Translations under genes and position numbers: made by a program | Shown here: positions 1 to 12,500 of the stretch, in pieces | Layout of the letters: every line of letters starts with the position of its first letter | How positions within the stretch are numbered: position 1 is the first letter of the stretch | Source: Balanoglossus misakiensis | Lineage: Eukaryota > Animalia > Hemichordata | NCBI GenBank assembly: GCA_040954595.2 | Contig: CM082595.2 | Location: forward strand, 7,794,317-7,858,316 | Reading direction: 5' to 3' | DNA: 64,000 nt | Notes under the pieces: model-generated | Told to the model about the DNA's origin: nothing | Database searches by the model: none | What the model saw: only the letters and a program-made list of their open reading frames with translations

Positions 1-278
1 AATCAAAAGTATAATTTTAAGGACAATACACGCATTTTTATGCAATTGTTTAATTTGTGTGAATTGATTTTCTAAATTGCCATTGTGACTGACAATCATA
101 TCAATAATGAATGAAGGGGGGGGGGGGGTCATGCATTTAACACATCGCTGGCCGACATGATATTCCCGGTGGACCGGCTTAAACAGAACTTGCAGTTAGT
201 TAATACAGCAGAACAAATGATTTGTTTGACGGCAGGACATTTGTATTCGGACAAATGACACAAATGTAAAATTGTATG

Positions 279-329
279 TTGATGTAAACTATATGATGAT
301 GATGATGATGATGATGATGATAATGATGC

Positions 330-383
<54 letters not shown>

Positions 384-443
384 GACGTAAACTAGATGAT
401 GATGATGATGATGATGATGATGACGATGATTTGACGTAAACTA

Positions 444-482
<39 letters not shown>

Positions 483-545
483 AATTTGACGTAAACTAGA
501 TGATGATCATGATGATGATCATGATCATGATGGAGAAGATAATGA
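279..545. repeat. Compound (GAT)n microsatellite with recurring TTGACGTAAACTA interruptions
   Basis: GAT runs separated by ttgacgtaaactag at about 382, 431 and 486, with a variant at about 279. Confidence 0.95.
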
Positions 546-596
546 TAAAAATAAGTAACATGACAGGACGACATTTACCCCGATGAAACAGCTTAC

Positions 597-944
597 CACT
601 GAAGGACACCTTCCGTAGATATTGTAACAGTTCACTCCCTTTAATCGGTTGCATATTCCTACAAGGTCCAGGCGCATTACACTTTGCCGCATGCATGTCT
701 TTTATAGCATAGGCAAAGGCGAGAATAGCATCAGCTACAAACTGCAGCTGACCGTCCTGCTCGTAACCTTGTTCTCGCGAGACCACCTCATTTCCCGTGC
801 AAGGGTTGTTCCTATACTCCACGTTATTTGGAGTCAGTGTGGAGTTGGCGAACTTACAATCGAAGAAATCTTCCCAAAATTCTCGAAACCATGGATTTCG
901 GGTGTTGGTGTCCGGATGCAGATTCATGAAGTATTCATCGAAAC
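597..944 (-). CDS. mtt: mGluR/mXR-like receptor coding exon 4 (end of Venus-flytrap domain); gene continues beyond window start
   Basis: Acceptor ctttag| at 945. Translates GFDEYFMNL...RNPWFREFWEDFFDC...YEQDGQLQFVADAILAFAYA...LLQYLRKVSFS. Donor G|GTAAGC at 597/596. 348 nt, phase 1/1. Confidence 0.95.
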
Positions 945-1039
945 CTAAAGTGTCAAATAAGAAACACTTCGTGCTGAATAATATATAAATATTTATTTAT
1001 TTAAATTGAACATAGATGTGGAAGTCGGAAGAGAAGGTG

Positions 1040-1680
1040 ATTATATATTCTCACACTCCTGGCCGCTGGGAGTGTGGGATCAAATTGATCCCACACTCTG
1101 TGTTAATGCGCACACAGACAACTGTTATCTGACACGAGCTCTGATTGGATAATGATATCCATACCTCTCAGAACGAGCAAATATTATCCAATTGTGCGAT
1201 GTGTCGTACACAAACCGGAACTACAATGTGATTAGGTCATGTACAGACGACAGTGGTGTACGTGGTTGGCGACAGAGTAAAACAAAAACGGTTGTATTTT
1301 CTAGATATCGCGCGAATTTATGCCACTGGAAACAATCTCCATATTTTAATGTGTTGAGCACATTTTTATAGCATGCGTGTACTGTAAACTCGTGATGAAA
1401 TGGGGACTATGTTTTGCGGGGCGGATCAATATATGACTGGTCATGCAGTTATCAGTTGGTATTTTATAGATTTATTTCTTTTATTGTAAATAAACGTTAA
1501 TATCGCAAATTTCTGGTCGTGTGAGAAAAAGAATCTCACACACCAAGGACCTGGGATCATATTTCTCACACTCGTCGGGGATATTTTTCCCACACTCGCC
1601 TGCGGCTCGTGTGGGACAAAAAAACCCAACTCGTGTGAAAAATACGATCCCAGGTCCTTGGGAGTGTGAGATTCTATTAC
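1040..1680. mobile_element. Non-autonomous DNA element with inverted termini and a terminal ~145-bp hairpin
   Basis: Left end ttctcacactcc mirrors right end ggagtgtgaga. Perfect 14-bp stem at 1070-1098. Long palindrome 1530-1675 centred on actcgcctgcggctcgt. Confidence 0.7.
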
Positions 1681-2039
1681 AGTGAGCACAATAATTATAT
1701 TTCTGAGAATCTTGAGCTGCAGATATTAACTTGTTTTTGAAGGTATAGAATCTTAAAGAAGCAGTTCAGTCCGACTGATTTTTAAATACGTACTAGCGTC
1801 ATTTTGGTTAGTCGAGAAAATGGCATATATAACTCTCGCGATTTATTGTACAATAAACGGACTAAAATAGTGGCGGATGGTGCATTCAATTGCCTCATAA
1901 ACTTCCTGTATTTTCAGTAATGAAAAAGCGCGCCTAACTGGACGCTTTCAACAGGGCCCATTTTGCGATGAGTATGGAATTGCTATCTCAGTCTTGTCGA
2001 TTGAATCAACAATACTCGACCATAGTAATCTGTTATGGG

Positions 2040-2333
2040 GGTCACACAGGGACCAATAAGACGTTTCTGAAACGTCTCAGGTCAACAATTGGCGTCAATT
2101 GTTATATGTGAACGGTTTAATTGGTACTGAAACGTTTCAGATTTGAGACAGCTTTTCCGGTTAGACCTGAGCCGGTGTAAGGATTAATACCTCTCCGAAA
2201 CCCATTGTCTGTGTGGCCGAGCGATAGGGTCTATGTGGTCACAAGGCGACTCAGAAGATTAATTCTCTGTGTTTACAAAATGAAAATAGTGTCTCTGAAA
2301 CGTTTCGAATTTTAACCAATGTGAACCTGGTAT
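2040..2333 (+). repeat. Dispersed repeat; uninterrupted copy of the element split by the MITE at 56701
   Basis: Colinear similarity with 56615-56700 plus 57503-57682 (tctgaaacgtct..ggtcaa; tagacctgagcc.gtgtaa; tctgtgtttacaaa; gtgaacctggta). Confidence 0.8.
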
Positions 2334-2594
2334 GTGACGCTCAGTGAATGCTTGTCTGTGCGATTACTCGCTGTCCTCAACACTTTTAATAAAACTGCAC
2401 CTCGACTACTAAGTGCACCATATGTTGTTACATATATACTTGGCGAAAATTACCTTTCCTGAAATACCGAACGCAAGGCTAGCACATATGTAAACGTCAG
2501 CCAGACCGAACTTTCCCTTATTAAATACATAGCCTTCCACTCACACATTTCCAATCGTGTATTTTTGTGAATAACATAAGTGTTAAAATGTATT

Positions 2595-2905
2595 ATATCA
2601 TACCAGTATATTGATGGTGTAATTCACGCTATTTGATTGGTCGAGACACGACACGTGACCGTGATATATTAGCCATATACCACAGTCATATATCATAGTC
2701 AAAGAAAATGCCTTTTTAAAATGTTTTACGCAAAGTTTCAATATACTGGCATAATATAATAGCAATAAAACACCCCCAGCTATGGTATACCACTCGATTT
2801 TGACCAGTTCAACTCCATATACGCACTCGCTATCGCTCGTGCGTATATGTCGTGAACTGGTCAAAATCTCGTGGTATACCATGGCTGGGGGTGTTTTATT
2901 GCTTA
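2595..2905. mobile_element. Non-autonomous element with a terminal ~143-bp hairpin
   Basis: Palindrome 2761-2903 (agcaataaaacacccccagc...gctgggggtgttttattgct) centred on actcgctatcgctcgt. Fragments of the same sequence occur at about 6030-6045 and 6156-6181. Confidence 0.7.
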
Positions 2906-3852
2906 AATATACAATGGGATTACATCTGTGCGAAATGAGTTTTTTTTCTATCACTTCCTAATAATGTCGGTGCAATAATGGCAGAGAATCGTTAAGTGTT
3001 CGAACGAAACAGTGTTGAATGTCCTACGTATACAACACAGAAATATTCACAATTTTGGTTCAGAAATTCTGCATAAATATCCCCAATTTGAACGGTCATT
3101 AAATACCCAACAAAGCAGTTAATTGAAACGATAATAACAAATTTATTTCACACCATCTCTGTGAGATCATTATTTTTTACCAAGTCGCATCAATCAAGTC
3201 CAATTCGTCATGGCATCCCGCATTGCAAAACTTCATTAAATGCAAATTAGCCACTGATAAAAGTATATGATTGCTACATTTATAAGGAGACGGGGCTTAA
3301 TAAGCGATTCTGATTTTCACGCTGTTGCGATCATTAGACACACATCTAACGTTGTTTTTGAGTAAGGAAGTTAAGAGCTCGCTGCAATGGAACGGCATCG
3401 GTTTAGAACTGAGTTAAATTATTAAAATAGTATGCAAATGATTTGACATCTGCGAAATTAACGCTTCTGCCAGCCAGTGCATTGCGTCCCTAAAAGCAAT
3501 AAATTACTGTACAGTGAGTAAGATGGTGAATAATCGAACAGTTTCAGGCAATAACACTCGTTAGGAAGGAAACTTGTTGTGATTCATCACTTTCAGTCTA
3601 TTTTCATATCTTGTAATAGCATCGTGGAATAAAACACGTGTACTACTGTTCCCACCTTGATTAATGCCAATGTTTCTGTTATGACCCAGCGAAGATGAGA
3701 AACTCTGCAAGCGGTAACGATTCACTAGTTATAATTTAGCGCGAATGCATGTTAACGATATCTGCCAGGTAACCCCAGCAGGGCTATTAAATATACAATA
3801 AAGCGCCATCATTGGCGGTCGTTGTCCAACGAGATCATCTTTCTTTACTTAC

Positions 3853-4044
3853 CCGCTATCGGTTCGGCCAGGGGCTGAACTGTTATGGCGCCCTCAAGGA
3901 TGTCCTCCTTGTTACCGAGAGCCGGCAGCTGCCGATTACTCCACCCGTCACTTCCCACCCACACGAAATGAACAGTTGAGTTTAAGGTCTTTACGGCACC
4001 CATCAGACCTGCGCAGTCCTGCTCAGAGCCATACACAATAACAA
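3853..4044 (-). CDS. mtt: mGluR/mXR-like receptor coding exon 3
   Basis: Acceptor tttcag| at 4045. Translates VVIVYGSEQDCAGLM...FVWVGSDGWSNR...EGAITVQPLAEPIA. Donor G|GTAAGT at 3853/3852. 192 nt, phase 1/1. Confidence 0.95.
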
Positions 4045-4351
4045 CTGAAACCAGAAGAAAGATAGAATTGTAATCTCCTCTACATTTAGACTTTTGGAAG
4101 TACTTTGCATTTATATCTTATCAGATTTTTAAATCAATGTGGTTGACAGGTACCGTTTTAAAGCCACAAGAAATGATCTGATTTTGGTTTTGCCTGGTTT
4201 GCATGTTATTCTTATAATTGAATATTGTCGTGTTTCTGATAATGGTTGTCCCTGGAGACTCTAATTACAGTATTGTCGTGCATACAGAATTACTGCAGCA
4301 CTTATGCGTCATGTCAATAATGACAACAATTATTACCCTTGCTCATTAATT

Positions 4352-4590
4352 CCATTCAACTCCCTGGGGAGCAAACAACGGCTCACATGTGTGGCCGTTA
4401 TATCGGCGCGGTAGAGTTAAACAAATACACACATTGCAATGTCTTTTCTACAAGGTAAACCCCCTCCTAGATGGGGAGAAGCAATGAGAAGAAACGTGCC
4501 ACGCCAAGCTCAATGACACAAGACAACAGCAATGCGAACGGGGGGGGGGGGGTGGACTCAAATTCTCCGTTCAGGAGTCCATTGCTCTAG
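4352..4590 (-). mobile_element. tRNA-derived SINE, degenerate
   Basis: Shares acacacattgcaat...ctcct.gatggggag.gcaatgagaag...gtgcc...gacacaagac with 47690-47890. A degraded tRNA-like head lies at the right end. Confidence 0.65.
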
Positions 4591-6211
4591 CATATTTCCT
4601 TGTTATCAGGCGACACTGTGAAGCATGTAGCAAGTTCTAGATTAATTCTGTTTTAATTTGAATACATATCCAAATTTAAATTTTTTCCTACACGTCCAGT
4701 ATTGCTGCCCGGAATTTTATATGCAATACATGTATATGTGAAGAGTTAAGTTATTTATAGCATGAGAATGATGAGCAAAATAGGGATTTAAATTATACCC
4801 CGAGGTACATAAACACAGCATTCCTGCACGCTTTCAGTATTTAGAACATAAAGTATGTATGTAGTAATATTACCATAAGATTGGACGCAAACACTGACAT
4901 GCAATATATTTTATGTATACTAAATCTGTACACAGAAAATTTGATTATTGCTAGAAATCATGTGTCTAAATCATTCTTCCGGAATCATGTATGGCTCTAG
5001 TACATGGCATTGGAATGCCAAGTACATAAAACTGTAAGTACAGTATATTCTTTAAAATAGTCTGTATATGAATTCGTTGATATGTCGTACAGATCATGTC
5101 AAATTTTGCCGTTGGTAACAATGCAGGTGAGAACAAGGAAATATTGTGAAGGGAATTGAATCAACACACAGCCTTTATGTATGAGTACATGAGAGCAGTT
5201 CCTTCTAACATTGGCATGACGTTTACCATATTATTACCACACGTTGAGTCAACTCTTTATAAAATACACAGTAATGGAATACTGATTACATCATCTTGGT
5301 AACTTTACATAATGCGTCACGCGAACCACTTACCAGTCATTTTAGTGTTTTAGTCTCCCGTTCTATAATTTTTACATGCATATACCTTCATGACTGTCTA
5401 GTGTATTTGAGCCGACATTGCTTTTGCTGATATTTGAACCAGTGTTTGCAAACTCAAAAAGACAGCACACGCCCGGATATTAATTTCTGTGCGACATGAA
5501 TCTAGAAAGGTGACATTACAATGTGATCATTGAATCGGAATGAAACTCACGTGTAGTCTATTGTGAGTACAATAATAGCATTTGCAGTACATGTACAATG
5601 CGTGTTTTGGCAGAAGTTGTCACTAATCAAATGTCATTATTGTTATTGTCCTGGTAATTTCAAGCCAAATCTGTTTCACAAAAGTCCTTGTTACATTTTG
5701 TGAAACTGCTAATGGCTTTTTTAAATTTGGAATATTTTATGAGGAAGATGGCCGCTCAGCCATTTGTAAGGTGTGATCCTTTAGCATGGAACAGCCACGT
5801 TGATAAACAATTCAGGCAAAGGTGCCGTGCTAAGGCTATGGAGAAGATGTCATTACAGGAAAAAAACATCCAGAACATAATGATTAGATCAGTGTGATTA
5901 ATGCAACTTTGTCAGTTTCAGTGTTTGGAAAAAAACATTCCCATTTCCCCACAAACAGAACAGGAGATGTATATTTATGGTGCGAATACAGCCATGTCAT
6001 TTGTCGAAACACGAAAAACGGTGTTATATTCGTGGTATACCATGGTTTGAATCTGTACCTTTTGCATTAATCATGTTTTTAAACCAGGGTGCCTAAGTTC
6101 AATACACTTGCATTACACAACAGTAATTAACCATCCCCTGTGTATCGCCTGTGTGTATATGCCATGGACTGGTCAAAATCTCCGGCTACATATACCTAAC
6201 TAATTGCTTAA

Positions 6212-6558
6212 AGGGACAAAGTCTCTCTCTTGTTGCCCTTTTCCATTAATTATGTTTGATACAAGACTCGGTTTATGTTATTCTACATGTGGATATATAG
6301 TGAATCAACATTCGACCACTCATAACTTTCATCCCGTTTGTATAGGGTATGAGAGTGAAAACTCGCCCAAAATGAATAAATGGTAAAGACCGAGTATTCA
6401 TTTTGGCGCGGTTTTTTTTTCACTCTTGTGTCTACAAGTGGGATGGAAGTTGTGTGTGGTCGAACGTTGATTAACTATATATCCACATGTAGAACAATGT
6501 GTCTGGTATCAAACATATTTAATGGAAAAGGGTGTAGCGAGAGTGAGACTTTGTCCCT
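6212..6558. mobile_element. Palindromic MITE with TTAA target-site duplication (Kolobok-type termini), copy 1
   Basis: TTAA|AGGGACAAAGTC...GACTTTGTCCCT|TTAA. The whole ~350 bp is an imperfect inverted repeat. Confidence 0.9.
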
Positions 6559-8934
6559 TTAAACAGCACACATGATTTGGACCCGGGTACTCAACAGAAA
6601 GTAGACTAATCCATATACCGAACCGACTTAGGGCTCTGACAATTATCGACCACCAGAAAGATTTTGGCAACCTTAATCACATCATAGTATTAAATAAGCT
6701 TGAACCATCAATTTGGTTTTGAATTTTTAATGTGTTCATTGCTTTCGATCTTAGAATGGCAGACAACAGGTGGTTAATGGGAATGTAAGTACGCCATCAT
6801 GTAACCAAATCGACAGTGGTGTGCCACAGGTGTCTTTATAAGGGTCCTTTCTGTTTCCATATATGTAAATGACACGGTGTTCTTACAAACTTCCTATGTC
6901 CTTTGATGGCTCTAAATTAATGATCTCTGGCAAGGAAGTTGGTAAAATACGAGAAAAAAAATCTAAGTGTTGCAACATTTGAATGCATGAATGGATGAAT
7001 AAATAAATATAAATGGTTTGTGGATATCAAATTGGGCATATATTTTGGTTAATTGAATCCATTCATTTTGAATTGAATCACAAGTCGAAATGCAGGCTTA
7101 GATAGATTTTGCCTGTAAATATGACTATATCATCTCCAAGGACACTTTTAATTATTTGGGTGCATTTTAAGATAAACGATTAAGAGGGGAGGGTATGGCC
7201 AGACAAGAAGTGCAGAAGGTGAACACTAGGTTATACGTAAACGTCACTTTCTTGACACTAATAACCGTCAACTACTGTCGAATTGCTTACTTAATTGTCG
7301 TGTTTAATTGTGGTTGTGTTTAATGATGACATGATCTGAGGGCATGTATTATAACACATAGGCTTCACACAAAACACAAAATATAAGGGTTCTGGATGTG
7401 AATCCCCGGGAACGCACCGAACCAACACACTTTGTGTTGTTTGGATAGACACGTTCTTTGTCAAATGGCGGAGCTGCGATATACTCAGCCGTCCCAAAAG
7501 GACAGGTATCCACCGCCATTTGGTCTATAGTCATTTCACGTTCAAGTTATTGCACAGATTACTAATTAGTTTCTTTCTTCACTTCGACCTTTTGGACTGA
7601 CTTTAACCACTTTACACGTGATAGAAGTTTGGACCCAAAATGTATTTAAACACCGACAGTTGCCAGAACAAAGGTCTGTTACGCAATCATGTTGTGCTGC
7701 TTGCATGTCTGAAAATGATCGTGTATAACAATATGTAATGATTATTTGTTGTCGCCTCGGGAAGTAACGCTAACTGTTCTGCATTTTAAGAAACACCTGG
7801 CTAATATCGTGACCCACCCTGGCAAACGAGACGCACGAACTGAAAGAACCAATTGTAGCAGAAAACATTTAAAACTAATATAAAAAAATCATTCACACAT
7901 AAATTAAATGTACAGCTAAAATGAAACCCCGCACCGCCAACAGCCATTACTGTCGGTGCCAAATAAGTGAGATAATCGTTATCACCAGATCTTGAAATAT
8001 CTGCTGTAATACCAGGAGGGTTATCTGAACACAATCTAAGATATTGTGTGCATGTACGCTGGTGTGTAAATCCTCGGAGGCACCCACAGATGGCGAGATG
8101 TTATTCATAAATACATGGAAAATAAATGAACGATCCTTGCTATATTAACAGGAAATATAGGAACAATACAGTCAAATCTAATTTTTGTCACCGGGAATAC
8201 AGACAAATTGAGGACGTGTATTAGCTCTTTATTAAACAGTACATATAAATGTAAATAGTGCATTATTCTATATTTATCGCAAATACAAGTCTTTATTTGC
8301 CTGTACGTGTCTCAATTGCCCGTTGAACAAGTAGAAGTACAACTTAATTCTGACTGAATGTATGTAGCCAATTTATGCAGTTATCACACTGAACAAATCT
8401 CGCCAGCAGTAAGTATGCCAGGATTGTCCTAATTCACAGTGTATATGACGTGCTGTGTAAAATTTAAAATATACATATACGAAAACGGGACTGTGCAGTA
8501 CTCGCAGTTGGCTGATTGTGCCCCAGACATGATAAAAGCACACAAAGAATGCGTTGGAAGACATCAACAGCAAGAATAATAACAACAGCAAATAATAGTA
8601 ACCGTATCTAACACTGTATGTACATGTATGTTTTATTGACTGCACGCACAACACAGGAATATTCCAGGAATGTAGCTTTTCTGCAAAACACTTCTTCAGA
8701 TCTAATCGAAAGTTGTCGATAATCTTATAAGCTCAATCTCCCTAAAGTTAGATTTTACGGCGCAGCTCTTTTTGTACTGACGTCAAACTAGATTTTGTAA
8801 TAGTTACTTGCGACCAACCGTAGGTCAAAGCCTCCCTTCCGTGGAACATTTCGCAGTTAAAACAGATTCTATTTCATGACGTGGTTAATTAAACTTATTT
8901 AATTTCCTCTAAATCTGCAAAAAGAGAAAGCTTG

Positions 8935-9140
8935 CAAGAAAGCAAGCAAGCAGGCAGGCAGGCAGGCAAAAAAGACAGAGAGCGGGAACGAAATAAATAA
9001 AGAAAGGAAGGAAGAAGCAGACAGACAGAAGACACACAGACCGACTGGTAGCATGCAATAAAACAGACTGACAGACAGACAGTCAGTCAGACAGACAGAC
9101 AGACAGACAGATAGATGGGTAGACAGACGGACGGACAAAT
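8935..9140. repeat. Compound tetranucleotide microsatellite (AAGC/CAGG/CAGA/GGAC)
   Basis: Direct reading; lies just downstream of the exon 2 donor. Confidence 0.85.
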
Positions 9141-9193
9141 GGACCACCCAAGCAAATAAATATGTAAATACATAGCTCAATATAGAAACTAAC

Positions 9194-9509
9194 CTCTGGC
9201 ACTTTTCTTCTCCAGTAAATTATGGACAATTTGAATGTACGTCTGTTCATTTCCCTGTCCATCGTCCTTTGGAAACTTCTCTGTCAGAGCAATACATATC
9301 CCATACTGCTTTGCCAATTCAGTGAAGGCAGCAATACCCTGTACACCGTAGTTGGAGTCCTCGTGGACTATCGAGATATATGTCCAGTTAAAATGAATGA
9401 TTATTTCAATCATTGCTTGTGCTTGGTAGTAGTCAGATGGCACGGTCCGAGAAAAGTATTCAAAACGCTCTCTATTGCTTAAATCAGGACTTGTTGACCA
9501 GTAACTTAT
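9194..9509 (-). CDS. mtt: mGluR/mXR-like receptor coding exon 2
   Basis: Acceptor ttacag| at 9510. Translates ISYWSTSPDLSNRERFEYFSRTVPSDYYQAQAM...WTYIS...SNYG...ICIA...KKSAR. Donor G|GTTAGT at 9194/9193. 316 nt, phase 0 in, phase 1 out. Confidence 0.95.
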
Positions 9510-12500
9510 CTGTAAGATATAACCGATTACGAGAACATGACAAGACCTGTGTTAAAGGGACATTAGCTCTAATTTCTGGCCATATTTCAAGTATTTTGCT
9601 GTGTGTATCAAATGCATTTCTTGCTCCACTACAAACAGCATACTAATATACCCAATGCTCCACTTGACAACATTGCCTGAATGTGTGAAACGGCCGTTGT
9701 TATTGTTGACAAATTCTAGTCCGGACGAGAATACACATTTTGCACAATAGCAATGCTGACTATATACACACAGGTTGTGTTTATACACTTGATACTGGGA
9801 AGTCCATCATGTTTTAGGAAGTTGAGCAAGAAATTACAGTATAGATATACAAAACAAAAATACTGCAGACATAGCCACAGATGGTGCTTTAATAAAGTGA
9901 TGCAATAGCGTCAAGAAAAATCGGATCTAGTATTTTGAGTGTTTTAGTCACGTGGCATGAAGGTCAGGAAACAATTCCAGACAAATGCATTCTGACACAC
10001 TGAGAATCGAGGAAAATTAACTTAAAGAAACCGCTGGACTTGAAAGAAGGTGCACTTCTTTCAATTAAGTGTGGTCCACCTAGCACTACTGCAGTGACAA
10101 CGTATTCTAATAACCATCAGTGTTTGTGAGATGAAGCGACCATCATGGGGTAAGGTAAACAATGGCAGCAGCCATGGCAAAAACAAAAACAAAGGCCGTG
10201 ATCTGCTGTCAAGACATTAGTAAATACCACTAATTGTTAGAACCCATGACCAGTTTTCCACAAACAATAACATGATGCAATCCAAACTTCATAGATTATG
10301 GATTGCTGTGCTATTGTGTAGCGGAGTCGCTGGTAGCCCTTGTACCAGTGCATAGAGAGTATGTCGGGCTGCGATGCCATCCAATTCCGCCATACAGACA
10401 TATGCAGCCAGGTGTGGTTGACATTTTTTTTTACAAATAAAGCCTTATATATGAACGTTCACGAGTTTTATATACATGTATGTTCATTTCTGAGAATTGT
10501 ATGATGAATTGCCCTAAGTAACTGCGCGACGATGTCGTTTGTTAGGGGTCGGTGGCTGTCACAGTTTCACGGAGGAGCGCGGGCCCGACCCGTCGCATGT
10601 GTACATAGCCTAGATGTTGAACTAGCCACTATTAATAACGACTACCCATTTTTGCTTTAATCTACCAAGTATTAAACCTTATCAAATCAAACAATACGTG
10701 AATACAAACTGCGCGATTTCCGACTTGATTAATGACGATGTCAGAATATATGAAATCTCTTCCTGGTGTGTGAGCGGGTCGGTTGAGTTGTTGCCGGACT
10801 GCAGCTGACTGGCCCGTTACAGCTGTTGAACGCGAGTCCGTGGATCGGTTTGCCACTCGCGTAACCTTGTAGTTTTGAAAGAATCATATTAACATTCTGT
10901 CACACTACATAGGTGTGTTTTATTTGATCGCATATTTCCGTAACCATCCAAACCTTTATTTTTTATGTTCAATGAAAGCGTAGAGAAAGACATTCAAGGC
11001 ACATTTTCTTGAACCTATTTCCGGGAATCAGCACAAGAACTGATGACGTTTAGAGTGAAATATCACCGTTGATACTAGTATTTCGCACTTAATGTATTAA
11101 TATTCACGTTAAACGTCACTAGGAGAAGATGATAACAGCATGAGCATATGATAATGACAAATGTCTCGATTCTCGATTTACTGGCAGAGCTCTGTTGGAC
11201 AAATCTCTATTCCGTGTTCCATTAAAGTTCATTAATTACAAATGTTCATTTGGTATGCACATTTGTAGTTTATTGATTAAATATCTAAAGTATCCGCCAC
11301 TACAGTTACCTCTTGGGGCGCATCACAGAATTAATTGAAGTGTATATATGCACACCCTAGTAAATTGTCCATGTACCAACGTTGTATGCAATCAGCTGAT
11401 GCATGTTTGAGTATACTTGCTTAGAGCGGATGGATGAAGGGACGGACGGAGTCAAATTCCTGAGATTCCTCCGAATACCTCGAAATTTCAAAAGACAATT
11501 TGAACAAGTTCGCTTTGTTTTACTTCTCTGCTGAAGATGATGACCTCGAATCGGTTATGAAAAGTAGCTATACAAAATATAAAACGCCCATGCAGTTATA
11601 CTCAGAATAGAATCACCAGTGGCGAGGGCCATTTCATTTTTAAAATGACCTTGACAAGCCAGCGGTTGTGGCAGATACGTGCTTCCATGGAGTGAATTCG
11701 TTCACTTCAAAATGTACAACAATCTGCAAAGAATACTTGTCATACCCTGAAGAGCAGACTCTCCATTATTAACGTTTCCAGATAGCATTTTGTTCTTTTC
11801 ACCATCTCCGCGTAGTGGAGGTAATCCTTGTATGAAATTGATAGGATTTCCCCTTAACCAGGGGATTAATGTAGAAGCTAATGTCAGTTTTATCTCTAGT
11901 GAGAAACCTTAATCTCGGATGAAGATTTTTTATGAAATGTAGTTGTGAAAAGGAGCGCGGTAAAATAGATAGAATTCTGACAGAAGGCGAAACTAATTGC
12001 AATAGCGGTACTGGAGGGTTTCGTCGCATACCAATTACAGAATGTTTCCATGTCGATGAAAGAGAGGCCCATTGTTCGCTTAAGTTGAGATTGGAGCTTC
12101 CTCACTCCAGTAATTGGAAGCTCTAAAGCAATCGAGAGAAGAAGCGACTTCCCTTACGCCATGTTCACTTAATCTGCTTTAATCCGGACAGCGATAAAGT
12201 TGAAATAATTGATTCAAATTACGACTACATGCTTCATTATCGCTGTTCAGTAAATTCATCTTTTACTTGCAGGCAACGACTGTTAGGATACTGATATTTA
12301 CGCGGAATAACAGAATATATGAATGCTTCTTAAGCAGGTCAAATTGTATCAGCGTTTTGAAGGCAGCCGATTATATTTACTTCTTTATCAGTTCGCCACG
12401 TTAATATTCTGTCTATAATACTTTAATATTGGGATTAAAAGGAAATTATTACATTGTAATTTGGGAGGTGCAGCGAGAAATTTCATATTTCTTCATATAC

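Noticed and set aside
8899-9180. Hydrophobic 93-aa ORF
   Set aside because: Translation of a tetranucleotide microsatellite.
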